Below are positions 9,882 through 19,640 of a stretch of DNA of 64,000 bases, piece by piece. The stretch is from contig CAWBVW010000008.1 of NCBI GenBank assembly GCA_963792365.1, positions 132,243 to 196,242 on the forward strand, read 5' to 3'. The DNA is from an uncultured bacterium (GTDB lineage: Bacteria; Actinomycetota; Acidimicrobiia; Spongiisociales; ZC4RG35). The stretch's first letter is position 1. Each line of letters begins with the position of its first letter. The notes beneath the pieces are model-generated. The model saw nothing but the letters and a program-made list of their open reading frames with translations. It did not search any database and was not told the DNA's origin. Position numbers and translations under genes: made by a program.

Positions 9882-10366
9882 GGGAGGCACCTCCTGACGG
9901 CCCATGGTCCTGCGGCAGTGGTGGTCGCTCTAGAGGCCAATGGCTCTCGGCCACTATGACCGTCGGCCACGGACGGCACTGGGTTCGAGCCGAGCCGCGG
10001 TCTCGATGCGTGTGCCATGCGTGGCGAGCGGGCCGACCGCCCACAACGCTCTCGTACGGTCGTCGCCGCTGGAACAGGGATGCACATGATCGTATGGGAC
10101 AGCCCGGATCTCGTCGTGAGCGAGATCGCCGCCCCCGGCGACGCGGCGCGTTGACTTGACCACCTGCGACATCTTCGCGGCGCTGTCGGTTGAGTATCCG
10201 AGAGAGCACGGCATCGCCATCAGATGCGTCGCAGAGCCGACGGCGTCACCCCGACCTGCTCGCGAACAACTTGCCTGTCGTGATCGATCACCTCGACCGA
10301 GGAGCGATCGCGACAGCGTCGCCGCGCCACATCCGCGTTCGGGAATGCCGTTGATTACCGTTGATT

Positions 10367-10433
10367 GGCGGGGTTGGGGCCAACTCTGAAGGCTCATAAC
10401 CCGAAGGTCGTAGGTTCAATCCTACCCCCGCTA
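10367..10433 (+). tRNA. tRNA-Met(CAT)-like 67-nt sequence; 3' ~45 nt tRNA-like, 5' half non-canonical (possible pseudo-tRNA / att remnant)
   Basis: ggctCATaacccgaaggtcgtaggttcaatcctacccccgcta closely matches the anticodon-loop-to-3'-end part of bacterial initiator tRNA-Met. The 5' ggcgggg pairs with 3' ccccgct. The D-arm and anticodon stem do not pair, and the T-loop is 6 nt. Confidence 0.4.
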
Positions 10434-10440
10434 CGAGAAA

Positions 10441-10470
10441 GCCCTGGTCAGAAAGCTCTCTGACCAGGGC
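10441..10470 (+). terminator. Stem-loop (12-bp perfect stem) immediately 3' of tRNA-like sequence
   Basis: gccctggtcaga-aagc-tctgaccagggc. No U-tract, as is common in high-GC actinobacteria. Confidence 0.5.
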
Positions 10471-10625
10471 TCCTACCGGCTGAGCCGGTCTCTGACAAAC
10501 CGCCTGATTCTGTTCTGCCCGAGGACCTTCGGTGGCTGACTCGGAACGGCGACCCACCACTCTTCGTGGTCCGGTAGGCGGGCCCCTCCCTGGTCAGCCC
10601 GGTGGTTCGAATCGAACCCATGTGT

Positions 10626-11111
10626 CTACCGTCCCATCTGGATCTGCGACCGGCTGGGTTCGACGAGGCCTGGCATCGACGGTGAGGGCGTGCGGGGCCA
10701 AGTCCAGGCGGAGCGCAGGATGAAGGCCATGAGCAGCACTTCGAGTCCGATGGAGAGGCCGTAGAAGTAGGTCCAGGACTCCCCGACCGCGTTGAACACT
10801 GAGACGGGGACGTACAGCGATGCCACGACGAGGTTCGCGGCGCGGTTCGCACGGGCGGGCAGCGTCATGGAGAGCATCACCATCAGGCTCGGGATCGCTA
10901 TGAGCGCTAGGAAGCCGGTCAACAACGTCTGGCTGATGTCGAACTCCCAGACGACGCCAGCCATGATGTCGTCGACGACGCCGGGCTTGTACAGGTGGAA
11001 GTAGTCGACGTAGATGTAGAGGAACATGAAGCTGGTCCAGGCTGCGGCGAGCTTCGCTTTGACCGGAACCGGCGGATCGTGCAGGGCTGTGGTGGGGGTG
11101 TCGGTTGGCAT
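10626..11111 (-). CDS. Membrane protein (hypothetical, ~4 TM)
   Basis: The ggagag RBS precedes the MPTDTPTT start (11111). Hydrophobic helices throughout. Divergent from the sensor kinase. Confidence 0.55.
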   Translation of the reverse strand: MPTDTPTTALHDPPVPVKAKLAAAWTSFMFLYIYVDYFHLYKPGVVDDIMAGVVWEFDISQTLLTGFLALIAIPSLMVMLSMTLPARANRAANLVVASLYVPVSVFNAVGESWTYFYGLSIGLEVLLMAFILRSAWTWPRTPSPSMPGLVEPSRSQIQMGR

Positions 11112-11269
11112 GGTCTCTCCGTTCTTCATTCGGGTTGTTGACGTCACCATGACGGGATCTCTGGTCGGTGCCATCGGTCTGACGGCTTGATCTGCTCGGC
11201 CCGTGGGATGGGTTGTTTCTCAGCCTTTCGGCTGAGCCGCGACCTGCGCCGGATCTCTACGCTGGGCTG

Positions 11270-12442
11270 ATGTTGACGAACAGCCTTCGGGCGTTCTGGA
11301 ACGAACCTCGCCCTGTGCAGCCACCCGTCCGGGTGTGGCGGGACTGGGCGCTTGTCAGCGTGGCCGCGTCCGCGACGGTCGTCGAGGTGCTGCTGCGTGA
11401 GGATCGGGCCTGGCTGCCGGCCGCGGGCATGGTCAGCGCCGTGGTCGCACTCAGCCTGCTGTGGCGGCGGACCCATCCGCTGTCCGCGGTGGCCGTCGCG
11501 TTCGGGACGCTCATCGTCTTCGACCTCGCACGTATCGTCGTGATCGACACGACGCTGCTGTTCAGCATCGCGGCCGCGCTCGTGCTGCCCTACGCGCTGT
11601 TCCGTTGGGGGTCGGGCCGTGAGACCGTCATCGGGCTCGGGATCATCCTGGTGTGGTTGGGTGTCACCCATGTCGCGGATCCGACCAGGGTGTACGACGT
11701 GGTGGCTGCGTACGGGTTCTTCCTGTTCTCTGCGGCGCTGGGTGCCTCCATTCGCTTCCGCGCCACCACCCGCGTGCGCGAGATCGAGCAGGCCGAACTC
11801 CGCCAACGTCACGAGCTCGCCCGCGACCTGCACGACACCGTGGGCCATCACGTGTCGGGGATCGTCATCCAGGCCCAGGCCGGACGGGCCATGGCGGCCT
11901 CTCACCCTGACCGTGCCCTGGCAGTGCTTGCGACCATCGAGGGTGCCGCGGCACGGGCGCTGGAGGAGATGCGCGCCATCGTCGGTGTCCTGCGCGATGG
12001 GGCCGAGCCGGACCTTGCCCCACAGCCCGACATCACCAGTATCGATCGGCTCGCCCGCACCGGTGGTCCGCTCCGCATCGATGTGAACCAGTCAGGCACG
12101 CTGGACGACCTCCCCGCGGCGGTCAGCGTCGCGCTGTACCGAATCGCCCAGGAAGCGCTCACCAATGCGATGCGCCACGCCCGCAACGCCACCCGGGTGA
12201 GTATCGAGGTTTCAGGTGATCTTGAACAGGTGCGCCTGACCGTCCGCGACGACGGGGCCCCGGTGTCCGCAAGCCGCCCGCTGTCCGGGTGGGGTCTGAT
12301 CGGGATGCGCGAGCGGACCTCGCTGTTCGGCGGAACCCTCCTTGCCGGCCCGGGTCCCGACCGTGGCTGGGTCGTCGAGGCGACGCTTCCCAAACGGGAT
12401 GCTGCCACCGGCCGATCACCGGTCCCGGAACGGTCGGCGTAG
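11270..12442 (+). CDS. Two-component sensor histidine kinase (HisKA_3 / NarL-partner type)
   Basis: TM helices, then ELARDLHDTVGHHVSGIVIQAQAG (H-box) and EALTNAMRHA (HATPase). An alternative TTG start at 11213 is the ORF-track call. Confidence 0.7.
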   Translation: MLTNSLRAFWNEPRPVQPPVRVWRDWALVSVAASATVVEVLLREDRAWLPAAGMVSAVVALSLLWRRTHPLSAVAVAFGTLIVFDLARIVVIDTTLLFSIAAALVLPYALFRWGSGRETVIGLGIILVWLGVTHVADPTRVYDVVAAYGFFLFSAALGASIRFRATTRVREIEQAELRQRHELARDLHDTVGHHVSGIVIQAQAGRAMAASHPDRALAVLATIEGAAARALEEMRAIVGVLRDGAEPDLAPQPDITSIDRLARTGGPLRIDVNQSGTLDDLPAAVSVALYRIAQEALTNAMRHARNATRVSIEVSGDLEQVRLTVRDDGAPVSASRPLSGWGLIGMRERTSLFGGTLLAGPGPDRGWVVEATLPKRDAATGRSPVPERSA

Positions 12443-12444
12443 GC

Positions 12445-13101
12445 GTGGCCATTCGCGTACTCATCGCCGACGACCAGGAGATCGTCCGGGCCGGCCTGGC
12501 CATGATCCTCGAAGCACAACCCGACATCCAGGTCGTCGGTACCGCCGCCGACGGCCTCCACGCCGTCGCGCTCGCCCGCGAGCTACGGCCCGACGTGTGC
12601 CTGTTCGACATCCGCATGCCACACCTCGACGGGATCGAGGCCACCCGGCAGCTCGCCGGCCCCGATGTCCCGGACCCGCTCGCGGTCGTCATCATCACGA
12701 CCTTCGACCTCGACGAGTACGTCCACGGCGCGTTGAAGGCCGGCGCCCACGGGTTCCTGCTCAAGGATGCGGGACCTGCCCTCCTGCTCCAGGCCATCCA
12801 CGCCGCCGCGCGAGGCGATGCCCTGATCGCCCCGAACATCACCGTGCGACTCCTTGCCAGCTTCGCTGAATCGCACGCAGCGGCCCCGCCTGCGCAACCG
12901 ATCGAACCGCTCACCGCCCGCGAGGAGGAACTCCTGCTCACGGTCGCCCGTGGCCGCACCAACAGCGAGATCGCGGAGGAGCTCTACATCAGCATCGGCA
13001 CTGTCAAGACCCACCTCGCCGCACTGATGCGCAAACTCAACGCACGCAATCGCGTCGAAGTGGCGATGTGGGCCTACGAGACCGGCCGCATGAGATCCTG
13101 A
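12445..13101 (+). CDS. LuxR/NarL-family response regulator
   Basis: GTG at 12445, 3 nt after the kinase stop. REC domain (VLIADDQEIVRAGL...D...) plus C-terminal LuxR HTH (EIAEELYISIGTVKTHL). Confidence 0.8.
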   Translation: MAIRVLIADDQEIVRAGLAMILEAQPDIQVVGTAADGLHAVALARELRPDVCLFDIRMPHLDGIEATRQLAGPDVPDPLAVVIITTFDLDEYVHGALKAGAHGFLLKDAGPALLLQAIHAAARGDALIAPNITVRLLASFAESHAAAPPAQPIEPLTAREEELLLTVARGRTNSEIAEELYISIGTVKTHLAALMRKLNARNRVEVAMWAYETGRMRS

Positions 13102-13243
13102 CAGAATCTGCGCGGGGCCGGGTGCCGCTTCGTCACCGTTTCCTCAGTGGCGGAGCTGTTCATGCTGTCGAGGCGGGCTGCCGTGGCTACACGACCTTCT
13201 CGCGCTGGGTTCAGACCAGACGGCGGGCCCGATGAGCTGATGA

Positions 13244-13885
13244 TCAGTGCGTTGCGTACGCGGAGCGCAGTGCGGCGCTGAGCCACCGGGTGTCCCCGTC
13301 GATCGTGAGGGCGCTCGCCTCAGGGGAGACCTCGCCTGCGAACACGGCGGCGAGGCTTGGCGCCGAAGGGGCGTGAATTCTCAAGTCGCCGTTCGTGCGT
13401 GACTCAGTGATGTCGGCGCGGCTCCCCACAACCAGCACGTGTAGGCGGAGGTCCGGCTCGATGCTGATTTCGATTTGCAGCGGTTCGGGCGCGGGATGCC
13501 GTAGCGCGAGCCATCGGATCGGGAAGAGGGGCCAATCGGGGTCGGCCGGCTCATCGCTTCGGGACGGATCGACCAGCAGCGTTGCTCCCCAACGCAGCAA
13601 TTCGAGGACCGCCGGTTCGATGGCGGCACCGAACTCGGTGAGTTCATAGACCGCTGTGGCGATCGGGGGTGCCATGGGGGTCTTGGTGACGAGCCCATCT
13701 GCTTCCAGTCGTTTCAGCCTCTCGGCCAGCAAGTTCGTGGAGATCGCCGGCAACGAGCGCAGGAGGTCGTTGTATCGCTTCGGTCCGGTGAGGAGCTGCC
13801 GTATGACGAGCAGGGTCCAGCGGTCGCCGACGAGTTCGAGTGCTCGGGCAAGTCCGCACAGTCGCTCGTAGCTCCGCTGAGGCAT
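13244..13885 (-). CDS. HxlR-family winged-helix transcriptional regulator with C-terminal extension
   Basis: CGLARALELVGDRWTLLVIRQLLTGPKRYNDLLRSLPAISTNLLAERLKRLEADGLV. Confidence 0.7.
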   Translation of the reverse strand: MPQRSYERLCGLARALELVGDRWTLLVIRQLLTGPKRYNDLLRSLPAISTNLLAERLKRLEADGLVTKTPMAPPIATAVYELTEFGAAIEPAVLELLRWGATLLVDPSRSDEPADPDWPLFPIRWLALRHPAPEPLQIEISIEPDLRLHVLVVGSRADITESRTNGDLRIHAPSAPSLAAVFAGEVSPEASALTIDGDTRWLSAALRSAYATH

Positions 13886-14004
13886 TCCTCATCCTATCGC
13901 ACGCTTCAAATTGTGAACGTACTACTTGATATTCTGAAGTGAAGGCGGTACCGTCCCCACCAGGGAACGTCTCAGATCAGGACACAACCGGAGGCAGGGA
14001 GCAG

Positions 14005-14478
14005 ATGGCCAAGCGACGAACGATCCGCCACGAAATCCAGATCGAAGCAACTCGGGATCGAGTCTGGAACGCCATTGCCCGCCTCGACGGGTTCAGCAGC
14101 TACAGCCCGATGGTGAAATCGTCCCGGCTCCTGACCGAGCAATCAGAGGGAGTCGGGGCGGAGCGCCGATGCGACGCGTATCGGCCGGGCCACATCGATG
14201 AACGCGTCGTCGACTGGGTCGACCACGAGCGGATCGCTCTCGAGGTGATCGGCGGCATGCCGATCACGGGCATCGGCTCGTGGACGCTCAGCGGGAGCGA
14301 ACCGACCCGCGTCGTGTTCGAACTGACATATGCCCCGAGACTGGGATGGATCGGATCGATGATGGATGCGCTCATGATGCGGCGCGAGATGACCAAGGGG
14401 TTCGCGGCAAACCTCGCAGGTCTCAAACAACACGTCGAACACGGCGTGCTGATCGAGGACCGGCTCCCGAATGCATAA
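14005..14478 (+). CDS. SRPBCC (polyketide cyclase/START-like) family protein
   Basis: Start at MAKRRT with a gggagcag RBS. Divergent from the HxlR regulator, the usual pairing. Confidence 0.65.
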   Translation: MAKRRTIRHEIQIEATRDRVWNAIARLDGFSSYSPMVKSSRLLTEQSEGVGAERRCDAYRPGHIDERVVDWVDHERIALEVIGGMPITGIGSWTLSGSEPTRVVFELTYAPRLGWIGSMMDALMMRREMTKGFAANLAGLKQHVEHGVLIEDRLPNA

Positions 14479-14817
14479 TCGAGACTCGGTCTCCTCCGCT
14501 CACGATCGGGCCGGGAGTCTTCGCCGGGTTCCCTGAGGGAGTTGGCCTTCTGGCGCTCGTGGGTGAGCAGACCAAAGAGAGTTCGCCGCCGGTCATGCCC
14601 GCTGGGACGAAACGATCCGCTGACCGGCCGAGGCCCTCATCGTGATCTCGGCTGCCTTCTTCGGGCGCAGGTTTCGCCGACCATCGAAGCCGTGCCGAAG
14701 ACGAACGGTTCGCCCATGTCGATCGAAGTGCTGGCATGCAGACTCACCGGTCGAGACGCAGACTCGGCGAAGGAAACGTAGACCCTCTCGGTTCCTTTCC
14801 GGGTGCTCCGCTCCTGC

Positions 14818-15555
14818 TCACTCCCATCGGAACAGCCGAACGGCCAGCAGAGCCGTGAGGATCCCAACACCGGTGACGATCAGCCACGACCGACCCGGAT
14901 CGAGGCTCAACCAGCCATCCTGCATCACTTCGACGGCTTGGCGAAGCATCGAGTAGTCACCGACCGTTCCCATGGCACCCGTGAGGACCTCCGGCGGCGG
15001 ACCCGCCCCTCCAAGCATCAACAACACGAACCAGAGAAGGACCCCCAGAGCCTGAGCGGAGCGAGAGGACGGGAGCACAGCTCCGAAAAGGACTCCCACT
15101 GCCGCGAAAGCGAGCGCGACGAGAACGAATCCAGCGATGACCGCCGGGACGGAATCGGGAGCCACCACGTCGTAGGCGGGCATCGCCACCGAGACCAGCA
15201 CGACCGCCGACACGGCCGAAATCGTGAGGGTGACCACGATCTGGGCGCCGACCATCGCCCCGGCCGGGACACCCGACGCCCGGTATCTCTTGAGCACGCC
15301 ACGTTCGCGGTCGGAAGCGATGTGCGTGGGAAGCGAGATCAGGCCAACCGATGATGCAACCAGGGCGATGTAGGCGGGCACGTAGTAGTCCATGGCCCCG
15401 ACTCCCCGGTACACTTCGGGAGTCGATTGGTTGCCGAAGACACCTCCCATCACGAACAGGATGACCAGCGGCAACGCGAGAGCGAAGAGAACCGTGAGCG
15501 GCTCCCGGAGGAACAGCTTCTGCTCCAGCCACGTCATCTTGACCAAGAGCTTCAC
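14818..15555 (-). CDS. ABC-2 type transporter permease
   Basis: Six hydrophobic helices. GTG start overlaps the ATPase stop (GTGA). Confidence 0.7.
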   Translation of the reverse strand: MKLLVKMTWLEQKLFLREPLTVLFALALPLVILFVMGGVFGNQSTPEVYRGVGAMDYYVPAYIALVASSVGLISLPTHIASDRERGVLKRYRASGVPAGAMVGAQIVVTLTISAVSAVVLVSVAMPAYDVVAPDSVPAVIAGFVLVALAFAAVGVLFGAVLPSSRSAQALGVLLWFVLLMLGGAGPPPEVLTGAMGTVGDYSMLRQAVEVMQDGWLSLDPGRSWLIVTGVGILTALLAVRLFRWE

Positions 15556-16463
15556 GAGTCCGCCTCCGATCGCTCGGTGAGCGAAAGGAACACGTCCTCG
15601 AGCGTCGCACGCTCAACTCGCAAGTCCGTCGGTGCGATTCCGTGAGAGACGAGCGAAGCTGCCACATGAGCAAGGAGTGGCCCGTCGCCGCGAACCTCAT
15701 ATCTGCCACGGTCGCCTACGACCTCGCCGACTCCGGGGGTCTCGGACAGCCAGGAGACATCAGCTCCGTCAACACTGAAGCGAACCCGGGCGCCCCCGCC
15801 ATGGGCGTCGATCAACTGCTGCGGAGTTCCTTCGCCTTTGACGCGTCCCTCGTCGATGACGACGAGCCGGTCGCACAGATTCTCGGCTTCGTCCATGAAG
15901 TGGGTGACCAGCACGACCGTCGTGCCCCGTTCCCGGATCCGGCGGATCAGGTCCCAGGCGAGACGGCGGGAGGCAGGGTCGAGGCCGGTGGTCATCTCGT
16001 CGAGGAAGACCAGCTGGGGGTCGTTGACCAGCGCAAGTGCAACGAAGAGTCGTTGCTGTTGGCCACCCGAGAGATTCGCGAAGCGGGCGGTGCTTTTCGC
16101 TGTCAAACCCCAGTCGTCGAGGAGCGCTTCTCGTGACGGCCCCGTCGAACTCAGCGACCCGAAGAGGTCGATGGCTTCCCAGACCTTGATTCGGCTGGGC
16201 AGCGCCGACTCCTGGAGCTGCGATCCGATGAGCCTCCGGATCTCGCGGACCTGGGTCCTGGGGTCACGGCCGAGGATCGAGACCCGCCCTGCATCATGGT
16301 GGCGTAGCCCCTGGATGCATTCCACGGTCGTGGTCTTTCCCGCGCCGTTCGGCCCCAGGATCCCGAAGATCTCCCCTTTGCTCACCTCGAACGAGACGTC
16401 CCGCACCGCCACGATGGAGCCGTAGGTCTTCCGCAGGTTCTCGACCACGAGGACCGGTGTCAT
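15552..16463 (-). CDS. ABC transporter ATP-binding protein
   Basis: MTPVLVVENLRKTYG...GPNGAGKTT (Walker A), LSGGQQQR (signature), Walker B. An aagga RBS precedes the ATG at 16463. The ORF-track N-terminal extension is unlikely. Confidence 0.8.
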   Translation of the reverse strand: MTPVLVVENLRKTYGSIVAVRDVSFEVSKGEIFGILGPNGAGKTTTVECIQGLRHHDAGRVSILGRDPRTQVREIRRLIGSQLQESALPSRIKVWEAIDLFGSLSSTGPSREALLDDWGLTAKSTARFANLSGGQQQRLFVALALVNDPQLVFLDEMTTGLDPASRRLAWDLIRRIRERGTTVVLVTHFMDEAENLCDRLVVIDEGRVKGEGTPQQLIDAHGGGARVRFSVDGADVSWLSETPGVGEVVGDRGRYEVRGDGPLLAHVAASLVSHGIAPTDLRVERATLEDVFLSLTERSEADS

Positions 16464-16724
16464 CTGATCCTTATGTTGCGAGCTTGTGTGACGTGTGATG
16501 GCCCATCCAGGGGACTTGGTCCCAAGCCCTTCCCCAGCCACAGCTCGATGTCGGAGCAAGCGGGCGGTCGGGAGACCATTGTCTCTCCGCGATTGGCCGG
16601 TCCGAGCGGGTCGCAGGACGATCCACCAGGGGACCGTCCTCGCGGCGTCGTGCGACATCGGCATCGACTCGGCCCTGGCGGGTCGCGGCGATGTGTCGAA
16701 TGCGCCTGTTTATTGCAGCAAGGT

Positions 16725-16745
16725 GCACTTATACTGGTTAAGTGC
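16725..16745. promoter_or_regulatory. Inverted repeat GCACTTA-N7-TAAGTGC overlapping start of HTH-kinase gene (putative operator)
   Basis: Seen directly. 7-bp arms with a 7-bp spacer, centred on the GTG start at 16742. Confidence 0.4.
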
Positions 16746-17839
16746 TCACGGACCGGGAACAGCAGATAGTCGAGTTGCTTCGGCGTGATCCGCTGATGGG
16801 GAGCGCCGCTGTGGCGGCGACGCTGGGAACCAGCCGGGCCTCGATCAACGTGCACTTGTCCAATCTCGGCAAGAAGGGTGTGATCCTCGGCCGTGGATAT
16901 GTGCTCGCCGAGCAGCCCGGCGCCGTCGTCATCGGCGGAGCCAACGTCGACCTGAAGGCCCACAGCAAGGCCCGGGCGACCAGCCATACCAGCAACCCCG
17001 GTCACGCCTCGATGGCGCCGGGAGGGGTTGCGCGCAACATCGCCGAGAACATCGCCCGACTCGGTGACCGCGTCCACCTGATCAGCGTGGTGGGACGCGA
17101 CCCGATGGGCGACAACCTGCTCGACCACACCGCGAAAGCCGGCGTACGTGTCGAGTACGTGGCGCGCACCGATCGGCCGACCGGCACGTATACCGCGGTG
17201 CTCGACGCCGACGGTGAGCTCATCGTCGCGATCGCCGACATGGAGGCGACCGCCGAACTCGGGCCCGAACATCTCCACAACGCACGCAATGTCATTGCTA
17301 CCGCTGGGCTGCTGGTCGTAGACGGCAACCTGAGCCTCGAGGCCTTCGAGTACGTACTCGACCTGTCGGCTGGGGTTCGCACCATCTTCGAGCCCGTCAG
17401 CGTGCCCAAGGCGGCCGGTCTCAAGGACGCAATCGACGCTCGGATCTACGCCGTCACGCCCAATCGCGACGAACTCGCCGCACTCACAGGTTTGCCGGCG
17501 CGCACCGACCGCCAGGTGCGAAAAGCAGCGCAAACCCTGCACGCCCGCGGCATCGAGATGGTCTGGGTCCGGCTGGGCGAGCATGGCTCGCTGCTCAGCA
17601 CGACGGACGACATCATCGAGATTCCGGCAATGCCGGCCGTCGTGGAGGACGTCAGCGGCGCCGGTGACTCGATGCTGGGCGCGTTCTGTCACATAATGCT
17701 CGAGGGTGGGTCACCCGAGGAAGCCGCCCGATTCGGCCATGCGGCCGCTGCTCTGACCATTGCCAGTTCGCACACAGTGCGACCGGATCTGACCCCGCGG
17801 CTCGTTCGTGCGACACTCGACCAGAAGGAACCAGAGTGA
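16742..17839 (+). CDS. psuK: PfkB-family carbohydrate kinase with N-terminal winged-HTH (pseudouridine kinase-like)
   Basis: N-terminal HTH (EQQIVELLRRDPLMGSAAVAATLGTSRASINVHLSNL). Ribokinase-fold motifs (GGANVDL, DVSGAGD). Immediately upstream of, and overlapping, a pseudouridine-5'-phosphate glycosidase gene. Confidence 0.7.
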   Translation: MLTDREQQIVELLRRDPLMGSAAVAATLGTSRASINVHLSNLGKKGVILGRGYVLAEQPGAVVIGGANVDLKAHSKARATSHTSNPGHASMAPGGVARNIAENIARLGDRVHLISVVGRDPMGDNLLDHTAKAGVRVEYVARTDRPTGTYTAVLDADGELIVAIADMEATAELGPEHLHNARNVIATAGLLVVDGNLSLEAFEYVLDLSAGVRTIFEPVSVPKAAGLKDAIDARIYAVTPNRDELAALTGLPARTDRQVRKAAQTLHARGIEMVWVRLGEHGSLLSTTDDIIEIPAMPAVVEDVSGAGDSMLGAFCHIMLEGGSPEEAARFGHAAAALTIASSHTVRPDLTPRLVRATLDQKEPE

Positions 17840-18762
17840 ACACCCCACACCCCGACCTCATGCTCACGGACGAAGTGGCCCAGGCGTTGAGCGACCGCAC
17901 TCCCGTCGTTGCACTGGAGAGCACCATCATCAGCCACGGGATGCCGTTCCCACAGAACGTCGAGATGGCCACTGAGGTCGAACGGATCATCCGTGAAGGC
18001 GGAGCCGTGCCAGCCACGATCGCAGTCTTCAACGGCCGCCCCCGGATCGGATTGACCCACGAGGAACTCCATCTCATCGCAACCAGTCCCGACGTGCCCA
18101 AGGTGAGCACACGCGACCTGCCGTACGCCATCTCGCAGGGCATCCATGGCGCCACCACGGTTGCGTCCACGATGCGTTTGGCCGCGTTGGCGGGTATCTC
18201 GGTGTTCGTGACCGGCGGGATCGGCGGTGTACACCGGGGAGCAGAACGAACCTACGACGTCAGCGCCGACCTGACCGAACTGTCACAGACCAACGTGGCG
18301 GTGGTCTCCGCCGGCGTGAAGTCGATCCTCGATATCGGACTCACCCTCGAGGCCCTTGAAACACTCGCCGTACCAGTGGTGGCGTACGGAACCGATGACT
18401 TCCCGGCGTTCTTTTCACGCATCAGCGGTCACGGAGCCCCGATGAGGGTGGATACTCCCGCCGAAGTTGCCGCGCTGATGGCTGCCAAGTGGCGGCTGGG
18501 CCTCAGCGGAGGCGTAGCAATCGTCAACCCCATCCGGCTCGAAGATGAGATCCCCGCTGCGGAGATCAACGTGATGATCGAGCAGGCCCTGGCCGACATG
18601 GAAGCGAACGGTGTCCGCGGCAAGGAAGCCACCCCGTTCCTGCTCGGGCGGATCGTCGAGATCACCGGGGGAGCCAGCCTGACGGCCAACATCGCACTGG
18701 TCAACAACAACGCTCGACTGGGCGCACACGTTGCGCGCGAGTTCGCGGCCCTCGAGGGCTAG
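17836..18762 (+). CDS. psuG: Pseudouridine-5'-phosphate glycosidase
   Basis: Indigoidine-synthase-A-like family: VALESTIISHGMPFPQN...VFVTGGIGGVHRG. Confidence 0.8.
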   Translation: MNTPHPDLMLTDEVAQALSDRTPVVALESTIISHGMPFPQNVEMATEVERIIREGGAVPATIAVFNGRPRIGLTHEELHLIATSPDVPKVSTRDLPYAISQGIHGATTVASTMRLAALAGISVFVTGGIGGVHRGAERTYDVSADLTELSQTNVAVVSAGVKSILDIGLTLEALETLAVPVVAYGTDDFPAFFSRISGHGAPMRVDTPAEVAALMAAKWRLGLSGGVAIVNPIRLEDEIPAAEINVMIEQALADMEANGVRGKEATPFLLGRIVEITGGASLTANIALVNNNARLGAHVAREFAALEG

Positions 18763-18989
18763 TCCACGTCCGGACATCTCATTGCTCGAGACCCGATCCC
18801 CCGGATCGATCTCGACTGGATCCCGATCGAATCGGCGAGACAGTTCGACCGCCTCGCGGCGGACCTCCTGGGGATAGTGATGCGTGCCGAATGTGAATCC
18901 TCCCCGGAAACCGTCTCCCCAGGCTCGCGTGTTCCACGTGGCGGGGGAGTTCCACCATGTTCATGGCCCGAGATTCGACGTCAGTAGCG

Positions 18990-19215
18990 GAACGTGGCGG
19001 ACTACGCCGCCCGCGGCGGCGACTTCAGCCGGGCGACAGCACCGATCCTCGTCCACTTCGCCGGTCACGACCCTTTCGTGTCCCCGCCGCGCGGCGGACG
19101 ATGGAACGCGCCATCGCACGCCAAGGCCTCGCCTACACAGCCCACGACTACCCCGGAACCGACCACTGGTTCGCAGAATCCGACCATCGCGCGTTCGGTC
19201 CCCGGGCGGCGGTGC
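18990..19215 (+). pseudogene. Dienelactone-hydrolase-like C-terminal fragment, frameshifted
   Basis: Two overlapping frames give ...APILVHFAGHDPFVSP... and ...LAYTAHDYPGTDHWFAESDHRAFGPRAAVRAY, the C-terminal part of a DLH fold. There is no N-terminus. Confidence 0.4.
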
Positions 19216-19640
19216 GCGCCTATTAGCGAACTCTCCTATTCGTCGAAACAGCGTCGGTACCGAAACCGAACGACGCCGGTGCAACCAGCCCGGATCAGTC
19301 ACCCGATTCGATCCGCCCCAAGCCTGTGGCCATCACGCCGGCCAACGGGATCCGTCCCACTCGCGCCGCACCCTCTGCGGATTGCTCTCCGTGACGGGGC
19401 TCACCCGCGTGAGGCGCGCTGCGCCGCCCATAAGGCCGGAGTCGTGCGGGAAGTGGGCATCACGGTCGAGCCCATGTCGTGCGTTACACCGCTGCCTGCG
19501 ACGGCGACGAACTGGTCGGGTTCGGCATCGTAGTCGGGACGCCGAATCGGACTCTCCCGAGATCGTCGCTCCCTCGTTCCGGGACTGCCGGGCCGACAGA
19601 GCCAGGTCGAGCGACACTGTCCTCTCCATCGGGCCGGTGG

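Noticed and set aside
10595-10620. Possible second tRNA suggested by the GGTTCGAATC motif
   Set aside because: The surrounding sequence forms a perfect palindrome, not a T-arm, and no acceptor or anticodon stems can be built.
16460-17692. 410-aa antisense ORF opposite the HTH-PfkB kinase
   Set aside because: Shadow ORF of high-GC coding sequence. Arg/Pro-rich with no domain-like segments.
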